A DNA stretch of 64,000 nt, taken from NCBI GenBank assembly GCA_965112735.1, contig OZ218953.1, forward strand, positions 3,782,001 to 3,846,000, read 5' to 3'. Position numbers and translations under genes: made by a program. The DNA comes from Phaeosaccion multiseriatum. Lineage: Eukaryota; Protista; Ochrophyta, other classes. Every line of letters starts with the position of its first letter. The stretch's first letter is position 1. Of the stretch, positions 37,728-49,570 are shown piece by piece. The notes under the pieces were generated by a model that worked only from the letters and a program-made list of their open reading frames with translations, searched no databases and had not been told where the DNA came from.

Positions 37728-39592
37728 ATGGCCGCTCCGCTAGGTAGCAGCGAAAACAGGCTCCTCCACGAGGTGCAAGGGAAGTTGGAGTACCAGTTCA
37801 GAAGGCCGGGGCTGCTGCTTCAGGCCTTGACGCACGGATCATTTTGCCACGAGAACCCGAACTGTCGCACGGGTGCGTGTGGTAGGCTGCAATGGTGGAG
37901 CTTCCTGCGATGGGCGCCTCCCTTCAATCTCCAGTCAGCTACCCACTCTTCCTCCTTCCGTTTCCAGCTTCCCCGGTGCACTTGACCCACAACCTCCTCG
38001 AACCCACCCCAAACTAAACCGAGCAGGCAACAACGACGAGCTGGAGTGGCTGGGTGACACCGTCCTCCAAATGGTGGTGACAAACTGGCTATTCCATGAC
38101 GTTGCGCCTCCGCGGTCCTCAGGGACCCTCTCCCAGCGGCGGCAAAAGTACACGAGCACTGGAGCTTGCATCGTGTTCGCCCAGCAGCTCGCATTGGTGA
38201 GACGGAAGGACGATGGGCCACAAGCGAAGAGGGTTCCTTGCGGAGGGCCTTTTCAACTGAGCTGCCAATGTGCCGTCTCTCTTCTCTCTAACCCTGCTGT
38301 ATGGTGTGCCAACTAAAGATGATATTTGCTCCACCACCGTGCATGCGCAGGCATCCTTTCTTCGTGTTGGTGTCGGCCAAGCGGTTATTGGCACTAAGGT
38401 CGAGGCCGACTGCTTCGAAGCCGTCTTAGGTAAGGAAGGGAAGGATTCCTGGCGCCCGCACGCCAACTCTCACTCGCACATTTGGCCTTTGTACGATCGA
38501 ATATAACTATCTCGATGACGCTTAACAGGAGCCCTGTATCTAGACAGCGGTGGTTTGAGTGCCATCGACAGACTGATGGCCCACCTCATACCGGGCTTTG
38601 CCAAGCCTGAGCCACAGCCCCCCGTCCGCTGGCGCCCCCGCCCCGCCAAAAAAACACCAGCGGCGGAGGAGGTGAGCAGCAGTGCGAGAGCCAGTAGCGC
38701 CGGGAGCATCGCAGAGGCAAAGGAGCAGGAGCAGGCCCCCCCTCCCCCCCCTCGTGCTGCTGACGGCGGAGCGCCCTCCCTGCCGCCTGTCGAGTGGCCG
38801 AGGCGCGTGCTGCACCACACACAGAGGCTCAGCACGGCCCTGAGGCGGCTCCCCAAGGAAGGAGGCCCGGAAGCCGCGCTGGACGAGCCGGACTCTCTGG
38901 GGGAGGTGGAAGGGGCCGTTGCGGATCTGCAGACCGCCTTGACCGGCCTGTATGTTGTCTGTTTGCAGGATGGACAGCTCAGCCACGGCCTGCCGCAATT
39001 CGCCGAGTGCTTCGGGGCGGAAGTGCAGCAGTGGCTGCAACACGTATTGGCACCTGACGGAGGAAGCATCAGCCACCGCCAACAGCAGAGAAATGGCCCT
39101 CATGTAACGGGAGAGGCACTTGTGCAGCAAGTACTGCGCGAACAAGTGAACATTCGTAAGGCCTTCCCTAACGCGCCCCTGGGGGCGGAGAAGCTCATCA
39201 TGGCGGTGAGTCAGTCGGGTCCCGGGCCAGAGGCGTCAGACCATCAGCGGACGAGAGGAGGGCGTAGGCAAGGCGGCGCCTCCATTGACATACGCTCTCC
39301 ACTCTCTCCCCCCCCTCCGTGTACCTCTCTCTAGGTGGTGCGTGTTCCACAGCGGGAGCGTGAAGGGCTGTTCGCTGCGCTTGACTTCGTCAAGACCAGT
39401 CTAGTAGTTCAACCCAGGGGAGGAAGGGGAGAAGGCCCGGCAGACGAGGAGTGGCAATGGCGCTGGCCGCCGAGAATAGCTTCGCTCCCTGCTGTGGCGT
39501 CGCTCGAGTCCTCCTTGCGCCAAACCCTTGAGGCGGGCGCCACCTGCCTCCTGTTCGCCCCCCCTTTAGCTCGTGCCCTTCGTCTCCAATAG
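37728..39592 (+). CDS. Ribonuclease III-domain protein (single catalytic domain, unrecognised C-terminal region; 5 exons)
   Basis: Motifs LEYQFRRPGLLLQALTHGSF, NNDELEWLGDTVL, GTLSQRRQ and ADCFEAVLGALYLD, joined across canonical GT-AG introns. Confidence 0.9.
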
Positions 39593-39718
39593 TATAGGCA
39601 CTTCAACACTTTATTACTTTCTTAATCTTTTTTATTACTTTGTAGTATAAAAATATCTTCCTACTGTTCAAAAATGTGCAGACCGGTCAGCCGATCAGTC
39701 GATCTGTCGATGGGCCGG

Positions 39719-42700
39719 TCATCTCTTGTCCTTGGCGGCGACTTGCTCTCTGAGACTCTGTATCTCCTCCTCCTGCCGCATGACCTGGTCCTTGATGAGC
39801 CTTAGTTCGGCCGTTACACTCGGACTCCGCGCCGCGTGACTCCGACCTCCCCCCCGTGGTGAGGGCGAAGGGGAAGGCAAAGGTGAGTGCTCGTCCGCCT
39901 GCGTCTTGTTCAGCGTCCTCGCCACAAGCTTGCACGTGGGGCCCCATTCGCCCAACTGTTCCATCTCCGTCGTTACCACCTGCAGCAAGTGTGTCTTGGA
40001 GGCCACCTTGTCGGGCGGTAGAGTGACTGGGGCGCAAGAGGCACACACATCCATCGGTTTGCGGCCATGCTTGTCTGTGGCAGATACACTCGCTCCCAAC
40101 TGTGTGGCGGTCGTGTGTAGCGCGTGCCGTGTGCACGGGGGGGGCGGGGGTGGGGCGAGGGGCTGAGAGCTTGCAAGGGGGGGGGTAAGAGAGGAGAGAT
40201 GCCTGTGGTGCACTTTCCCTCACCAAACGTCACGCATAGACAAACAAACAAATAAACGGAACAGAAGAGAAAAGAAATAAACAAACAAAAAAACGCAACG
40301 CACTTTCCTTTCCTCTCCCGCCTCGTGTGTGTGCGTGTGCCTCTCTCTCACCTTGATCAAGTACACGCAAGTCTTGACGTGCAGTCTGGACATGGCCAGG
40401 TGTAGCGCCGTGGACCCTTCGTCATCCCTGGCCAGCAAGTTTGCCCCTGACGCAAGCACGGCTCTCAGAGCACGCAAAGACCCTCCAAGGGCCGCGAGAT
40501 GGAGGGGGAACCTGCCCTCTCCGTCACACGTGTTGAGCGCTTCCTTGTCGGCGTCATCTCGGAGCAGCACAGCAAGCTCCTGTGCACGCCCCTCCAGGCT
40601 GGCCAAGTGCAGGGCGGGCAGGGGCTCGCCCTCCCTCAGGCGGTGCGGTGTGCGCTTCCCGACCACCCCCACGGAACGTCTTGTGTGCTCTGCCTCCTTC
40701 TGGCAGCGGTGAACGAAGCGTAGCACCAGCACTTCCACTTTGGTGTAGGCGATGGAGTCCTGCAGGGCGACATTGTTGCGGTGGTTCACGCCGAACATTA
40801 TGGACGCCATACCCACCAGCACCTGATGATCGAGGACGTAAAACAGACAGGCCGGCCGGCAGGAGGCGTATGGGCAGACAGACAGGAAGGAAGGAAGGAA
40901 GGAAGGAAGGAAGGAAGGAAGGAAGGAAGAAAGGAAGGAAGGAAGGAAGGTAGATAAGACAGACAGTCAGGCAGCGAGGCAGACACATGGAGGCAACAAA
41001 GCAACAGATTACCTGTATGCCAGTTGCGTGTCTACATAAACCACAGGGGGGGGGGGGGTAACAGCAGCTAGACATGGACTGGAGTCGTACCTGATTGAAG
41101 TTGTAATCGAAGCCTTCCATAGACTCGATGAGCTTCGCAATGCTGGTAACGGTGCAGAGCGACGCGAACTGTCCCACCCCTAGCGGCTCGGGCACTGAGC
41201 GCAGAAGGAGGCGTAGCTGGGGGGCATTGATGCTTCCCGTGCCGAGCGGGTCCAAGGCTGCCCAGGCCTGCTCGCAGAGGGGAGGGGAGGGGGGAGGGGG
41301 GAGGGGAAGGGACAGACAGCGCAACAGAGAGGGTGGCATGGGTTGGGTATGAGCCGTTTCTCCGAGAGCAGCAGGGCCTTACAATACGCCTCTCCTCGGT
41401 AGCATGCGCCGTCCTTGCCCCACGGCCTCTTTTGCTCCTGCCCCTGCTCCTGCCCCTACCCCTGCTCGTGCCCCCTCCCTGACCATTCCTAACCTTGATG
41501 TATCCCGGAATGACCTCCTCCAGGACATGTCGGTTCTCCGAGGTGAGCACGTCGAAGGCTTCCACGAGAATCATCACGAACTTTACCAAGACCAATGCCA
41601 GAGCAGGTTAGCCACGCCGGGGGGAGGAGAGGGGGGGGGAAGGGGGAGACGGTAAGGTAGACGTCGGACATGGGGGAGTGAAGAGGGGTACAAGTCGGGG
41701 GCGAGTGAAGCGATTGACTGACGCGAGTGAAGCAAGCCAACACGATTCGCCCCTCGCCCCTCGTCCATGGCCCATGGGCAGTCACATGGGCAGCCACGCA
41801 CGCACCATGTTGATGATGAGGAACTGCATGGTAAGCATGACGGTTACAAAATAGAGCACCACGACAACGTAGGGCTGAGAGCCATGCTCGGCCACCGCCT
41901 CCATGTAGTCACTCCAACCCTCCGCAGTGGTGCAGATGAAGAGCAGCTGGATGGCGCCGTACATGGAGTCGAACGAGGTGTAGAGGTTCTCGTTGTCCAT
42001 GGACACATCCGTGCCTGTTGGAAGAGAAGAGACGACAGGAGCGGAGAGGAGAGGCGGCACATTGTTGAGACAAGAGGCCAGAGAGGGAAGGAGGGAGGGA
42101 GGGAGGGAGGGAGGGAGGGAGGGAGGGAGGGAGGGAGGGAGGGAGGGAGGGAGGGAGGGAGGGAGGGAGGGAGGGAGGGAGGGAGGGAGGGAGGGAGGGA
42201 GGGAGGGAGGGAGGGAGGGAGGGAGGGAGGGACGGAGGGACGGACGGAGGGAGGGATGGAGGGAGGGAGGGAGGGAGGGAGGGAGGGAGGGAGGGAGGGA
42301 GGGAGGGAGGGAGGGAGGAGAGAGAGAGAGAGGGAGGGAGGGAGGGGCGGAGGGAGGGAGGGAGGGAGGGGGGGAGGGAGGGAGGGACGGAGGGAAGGAG
42401 GGAGGGAGGGAGAGAGAGAGGCAAGAGCGCGCGGAAGGGCCCATGTACGGCTGGAGTTTGGTAACTGGAGCGTGGTGCCAGCAACCTCCGTCCATCCATC
42501 CATCCACGAAGGAGATCGAGGGAGAGAGAAGACAAAACGGAGCGGAGGCCGAAGGGAGAGAAGGAGGGAAGGCGGGGGGGGACGGCTCGAGAGGAGGAGT
42601 GGGCCCTTTTGTTTGGCCCCGTGTCGCCTCACTCACCTCGAAAGAGGAACACTCCGGCACTGGCGAACATAAAAAGCCCGATAAAGTAGCACAGAAACAC

Positions 42701-43835
42701 GTTGCACAAGGTGCCCAAGGGGTACATACACGCCGCAACAATGAGGTTGATGTTGGGCAGGAACGTCATCAATCGGACCACGCGGAACACGCGGAAGGCG
42801 CGCAGCAGAGAGAGCAAGGCGACGTCTCCTCCACACAGATCCATCAACGTTACAAAAACGTCCACAACCTGTCGTGTCGAATAGGGACAGAGAGAAAGAG
42901 AGGAAGAGAGGAAGAGCGGGAGAGCGGAAGAGAGAGAAGAAGATAAGAAGAGAGAAAGAGAGAGGAAGAGAGGAGGCATGCAAACGTGTCGGGGCTCCGT
43001 ACTGCGCTTTCTCTCCTTTTCTCCGTCCCTAGCTATGCTCTCCTCTCCCTTCCCTTCCTTTCACCTCCGCTGTCAGCTCGCCGACCGTCGACCTTGTGCC
43101 TTACCGAGAGGACGGTGATGACAAAGTCGAACAGTGAAGTGCGGAAGTACGCACTCATCCCATAACCCATGAGCTTGATGCTCGCCTCGACCACAAAGAT
43201 GGAGGCGAAGGCAACGTTGCTATAGACATGGGTCTCCTGCAGCCACTGGGGAATGTCACTGCCGTCGCTGGCAAGCACCACGAAGTTGACGATGAGCACT
43301 GCAATGATGGCCCCTTCGAAGGTGTCCGACGTGCTGATGCGATACCTGGGTGGTGGTTGGGTTGGCGTGGGGCAGCGGAATGGGCGTGAGGCAGCGGGAA
43401 GGGCGTGAAGGATAGTTCAGGGGAAGGGGGGGGGGTTAGGGCGACTGCAAAGGGAGACAACGATAGATCAGGGGAGGGGTGGGGCGGTAGATTCGTACAT
43501 TAAGGAGCGAGAGAGAGAAAGAGAGATATGTGTGTATAGTCAAGATGGGGCGGGTCCCGTCGCCGGGTTGTTTTCTCGCTTCTCTCGTCTCGCCCTTTGG
43601 TAACACAACGCGGCGTCGGTGGGTCGATCGCCGCATCCAATACTTGGTGCACATCGCACATCCTCATTTTGTTCACCTCCCGACTGACCGATTGTGACAC
43701 TCGCCCACTTACCAAAGGTAGCGCCAGTGATGCGAGCTGGGCCTCGCGGGGAGCTGCGTAAGTAAGGGGAAAAAGAAGAGTGGTCCGAGGCGGAGGCGGT
43801 AGAGAAGCCGCAGGGAGGGACAGGGGAGAGCCAGC

Positions 43836-43907
<72 letters not shown>

Positions 43908-44557
43908 TAAGTCAGTGGGGGGGGGCTTGGGGTGTTGGAGGGGCCGCCGCGCCGCTGCTGCTTCTGCTGCTCAGGCTGCCGCTGTTCTACCTGGTTGTAG
44001 CAGCGTAACATGTGTCAAAGACACCACCGACACCACCGTCCACCCCACCTACCTTGAGCGGGCGGATCTGCTGCAGCCGGGCCTCGTACTCCATCCACCT
44101 CCGGTCGGCGAGGGCCACCAGCGTCCCGTCCGGCAGGCGACCCTTTTCGCCTTGGAAGGTGTCGAAGATGACTGCCACGAAGAGGTTCGTGAGGTAGAAA
44201 CCTATGGGGGAGGTATGGGGCGTTGATGCAGGAAAGGAAGGGGGGATAGGGGGGATGGGCAGTTATGTAATCCCCCGAGCGATCAGTTGAGATGGGTGTG
44301 TTGGTTGCTCAGCTGGGAAGTATGGCAAAGGGGTGTGCAGAGTATGGCTGTGATTGGCCATGCCCATTCATCCCCATCGACGTCAGCAGGCACTCGACTT
44401 TCGCGGACGGGCACGCGCTTGCTTACCGAAAGCGAAGAGACCGAAGAAGAAGTACCAAAAGGAGAGCAAGTTGAAGTTGATTTTCTGTGTAGGGTAGGGA
44501 AGGGTCAAGCGTGCAACGCCATAACGTCAATGAACGTCAGCGTTGGGCGTCAAGACG

Positions 44558-44605
<48 letters not shown>

Positions 44606-45479
44606 TAGATAGGCAGGCAGGCAGATAGGCAGGCAGGCCGCTAGGCAGCCAGGCCGGCAGGAAAGAGGCAGGCAGGCAGGCAAGCAAGTAGACAGGAAGG
44701 ACGTTGTCTCTCAATGGAAGGGCAGGGAAACAAACTCACTCATAACTCACCGGCGAATAATCAACGAGCGTCATGTCGATGCTGTTCCACATGATACCCA
44801 TCCACCCGTCGGCCGTGGTGAGCACGAACACCGACACAATGGAGGTGAGCAGATTGTCAAAGTTGAGTCGTCGGCTCTTCCACATGCCCTGCAGAGCACA
44901 AGTAGAAGCGCAAAGCACGCAGCACGTCAGAGCAAATCAAGTCGAGTCAAGTGAAGCGACGCCAAGCAGGCAAGCCGAGACGTGAGCGCCGTGAGAGATG
45001 TGCGGCTGTGCGGCTGTGGGGCAAAGTGCGTACTACGAGCATATACCGAACACGCGGTGGGTGACCGAGTGGCCAACAGACCGCCGAGGACATGAACTCT
45101 GTTCCTCCTTATACATCCTCCTCCTGTAAATAATAAAACGTATGCACATGCCGTACGTACCGCGGGGCAAGGTTCGACATCGTACGTGACGCCGTCGGAG
45201 CTGAGCTCTCCGTAACGAGAAGTGTTCTCCGGGAAGGAGGGGTCGTCACAGAAGTAGAAGCCCCCCTGGAACAGCTGCATACCGATGAGGGCGTAGGAGA
45301 ACCACCCGATGAACAGGATGCCCACCTGCGCAGGTATACCGCCACAGCCGCAGCCAAGAGAGAGAGAGAGAGAGGGAGCGACACACACGCATAAGAGTAT
45401 AGGAGGAACACCCACTCCCCGCTGGTGTGTGTACACACCGCCAGCAGACTCTCTAGCGCCGCCCTACTTCGAGTGTGTG

Positions 45480-45527
<48 letters not shown>

Positions 45528-48500
45528 TGTATATACGCACGCGTCTGTCCTGTCCTTACCATGCTGGTGAGGGCCATGACCGACTTTCGGAGCGAGATGA
45601 GAAGCTCCTGGAGGCTCTCGAGTCGATTGATAATCCGCAGGGGCCGCAGCGCCTGAGGAGGGAGGGAGGGAGGGAGAAGGTTTGGCGCTGGAGGAGATGG
45701 GAATGGGGCCCAGCAGGGAGCCCAGGGATTCGACGCAAAGGGCTTTGTCCTGACGTCAGGGGCTTCGTCGCTTCTTCTTGTTCGCCGGTCCTCGTTTGGT
45801 TGACGCTTCGAACACGCCTCTCTTTGCCCCCCCACCCCTCCGTCTCTCCATCTCTCTTCTCTCTCTTCTCTCTCTTCTCTCTCTCTCACGGACTTACACT
45901 CTCTCTCTTTCCCTTCCTTTCTCTGTCTCTCTCTCTCCCTCGTGCTCCTCTCTCACCTTGAGTAAGTCGAGCACGCTGCTGACTGCTCGAGGGGCCGACC
46001 CCGCTTCCAGGGCATAGGAAACAGCACTCACCACTGCTATGAAGCAGTCGAGCTGATTCCAATGCTCCCTGTGGTCGTGAAAGTAGGGTAGGTCAGCAGG
46101 AAGGAGGAAGGGAGGAAGGGCGGGAGGGGAGGAGGGGGGGGTGAGAGGCTTACTCTCCTCGGATACACAGCACAACGCAGCACAGCATAGCAAGGGGGAA
46201 GCTAGGGGTCTTGCTGACTCCCGCCCTGGCCGCTTCCCTCGGGCGGACGTCTGGTCAGTTTGCAGTTTGCGTGCGTGAAGGTGACAGCTTGGGTCCATGT
46301 GAGTGTGGCCTGGACCAACACGCACAGCAACACGCTCTGGATTGGAGTACCTGAAGAAGCCGTTGGGGCCTTGCCAGACTCCGTGAGCGGCGACCTTGAC
46401 GCCCACCTCGCCAATGAAGATGAGGCAAAAGAAGAGCTCCATCATGGAGTACGCGTTGGTGACGCCCGTGGTTTCCGCCGGCTCCAGCACCATGAACAGG
46501 GTCGATGAAGCCACGGCAACGAACATGGCCTTCTCGAAGAGAGGATGTGTCGCCAGGGTAAGGAAGGACTGCCCGGAGGAAGGAAGGAAGGAAGAAAGGA
46601 AGGAAGGAAGGAAGGAAGGAAGGAAGGAAGGAAGGAAGGAAGGAAGGAAGGAAGGAAGGAAGGAAGGAAGGAAGGAAGGAAGGAAGGAAGGAAGGAAGGA
46701 AGGAAGGAAGGAAGGAAGGAAGGAAGGAAGGAAGGAAGGAAGGAAGGAAGGAAGGAAGGAAGGAAGGAAGGAAGGAAGGAAGGAAGGAAGGAAGGAAGGA
46801 AGGAAGGAAGGAAGGAAGGAAGGAAAGAAGGAAGGAAGACGAGGAGGGATTTAGTTCCCACGTCCGTCCTCCATTCGCGGAGAAAGTATGGAGAATGGAG
46901 CTACCCCTTCTCTGCATCATCGATGTGCATGCAGTCCTGTCAGCACACCCACCCCCTCACCACCCCACCCATCGCCCCACAGCCTGTCAAGCACACGCAC
47001 ACACATCTGGCTCTGACTCTCTTCGCGAGGGGGTGATTTATTGCAATGGAACGTAACGCAACGTCACGCATCGTACTTTTCTCGTCTTGCTCTGACTCGC
47101 GACCCATTTTTTCGCCTCGGGCCCCTCCGTGGCGACTCTCTCCCCAAAGACGAAGTCCACGTTTCGAATAATCCAATCCCAGCAGCCCCCTCGGGTTTCC
47201 TCGAGCTCAGCATCGGGTTGCCTCTGAACGACATCGTTGATGCGCGAAGGGAGGGTGCTGAAGGAATCACGGCGCACTGACGTATGCGTGTGTAGCGCCA
47301 CCGCCGTGCGCTGATATGGACAACCGTGTCAAACAAGCGCAGTTCAATTTCGAGACGGTGGAGGTTAGGATTATTTCCAGAGGGTCGAAGGGTCGACTCC
47401 CTGACCAATTCAATGCCGTGATCGATGCTCAGACTCATCGATACTAACTGACTTACTGAACCGCTAGCGCTCTCTCTCTCAACCCCCCTTCCCCGTTGTT
47501 GCAGATGGGTTGACGCGTCTTACCTGATACGACCCATCAAACTCACTATCGTAGGTGAGCGTGCTTCCATCACGTGTGGGTGTAGCCCTCGCCGTCCTGC
47601 GGCTCTCAGCGCGATCCAATTCCGGCAATTCCACTTCGGAGCCTTGGCCTTTAGACAGGGGCTTCGGAAAGCTGCCGCCGCGGAGGAGTGGAGGCGGAGG
47701 GAGGGAACGGAAAGATGAGGCAAAGCACACCAAGAGAAAAACCGCGATGAGCAAAGCGTTTTTTCTCCCTCCGAGAGCAGCTTTTCCAGCAGGCTTTGTG
47801 TACTATACCCCACCTGCCCCCCCCCCTTGACCGGCTCACCTCTGCAACAGCCAGTTGGGTAAGCCCTTGCCCTTCTCAGCTTCGCCAGCGTCTCCGAGCT
47901 TCGCAGTCGACCCTCTGCACCCTCTCACTCCTCTCGACCCTCTTCCGCCCTCCGCGCTGATCAACTCCGAGCTGCCACCACCACCACCACCATCACCATC
48001 ACCATCACCATCACCATCACCATCACCATCACCATCACCATCGTCGGTGCTGACGCCACGACTATCCGGGCTCGCGAACCGTGTCCTTTCCGCTCGCAGC
48101 AGCCTCCCTGCGGCCCTCCCGGCGGCCCTGCCCGCGCTACCCACTGCTGCCTCCTCCTCCTCCTCCTCCTTCCCCTCCTCCTCCTCCTGCTGCCGGACCA
48201 TGTTGTAGTAGAGAATATACAGCGCCTGTCGCTTGAACCCCTTCTTGTAGATGCTAATCATCTGTAGGGTGAAGGCAGGCAAATGGGAATAGAGGAAGGC
48301 GGAGGGAGGGGAAGGGAGGGGGGAGGAGGTGGAAGGAAGGTCGTGCGAGGCGGTCGGTTGGCCAGTCGGCTCAACAAATGGCGGCCAAACAGGTAGCATC
48401 CGTGGACGAGCTAAGCTAAGCGACTGCATGTATCACGCCGGTAGTACCGTACCTGAAGCTTGAGCGCTTGGCGGCGGTGTTTGAGGTTGAGCTCGTCACC

Positions 48501-49075
48501 CACCCCGTCCAGCACTACGGCCAGGATCAAGTTGAGCAGGCAGTACTGACCGATGAAGATCAAGGCGATGAAGTACACGCTGGCGATGGGATGAGTAGCG
48601 TCCATAGCATAGCGCATAATGGCTGGCCAATTCTCGCCCGACACCACAAAGAAGGTCTGCATAAAGGCCCAGTAGAAGGTATCGAAGCGGATGCGCGAGT
48701 CGGGCAACACCACATAGTCCGCCGCGCCGAACATTTGCATGCCCAAGATGGCGAAGATGAACATGACGAGAAGCAGCAGCGCCACGATGGGGGCCATCTT
48801 ATCCGACGACTGAAACCGCCGCACCACACCATGGGGCATGCACAGGGACAGAGGGGGGGAGAGGGGGATGTCGGAGCAAGACGAAGTCAGCGTTATAGTG
48901 CGGCCTCCCCCCCCTCCACCTAGCGTGAGCTTTTCCGCCCTCTCACCCCATCACTACACATGCCCCGCCTCCCTCTCCCTTTGTTCCGTGGTCCAGGCAT
49001 TCCCTCCCGCCCGTCTACTTCGCACCCATGAGCAGCCTAGTTCCCTCTTCCCACCCCGAAACTCGCACGCACGCT

Positions 49076-49111
<36 letters not shown>

Positions 49112-49525
49112 CACACACCTGCACGATCATGTCAATGACGCGCGTCAACGAAGCCCAGCTGCACGCAGGCACGCAGAAGAAGGGAAAGAGAAACCCCGGA
49201 CAGCAGAGTTAAGTTCAGACGCCACAAGGAGTGAGAGAGTTGGGACAAGGGACAAGGGACAATGAGTGAGACCCGTTACCTTGGAGGCCCTCCCACCCCT
49301 GCACTCCCATGGTGGGCTGCTCTTGACTTACTTTCGGGCAATCCTCCCAATGCGAAGCACCCTGAACAGGCGAAGTGTGCGCAGGCTGCGCAGACTGGAC
49401 ACGCCCCCTCCTTGGTGCTGCAGCGCGAGCTCCACGATGGACCCGGCAACGATGAGAAAGTCGAAACCGTTGCTTCGGTCCGAAAAGTAGTCCGGGATGC
49501 CCTGTTTCGGAGGCGGCACAACGAG

Positions 49526-49570
<45 letters not shown>

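Noticed and set aside
41767-42946. ORFs with (GGRE)n or (PPSL)n, and similar (KEGR)n, poly-V/T and (ER)n ORFs elsewhere
   Set aside because: They are translations of intronic microsatellites.
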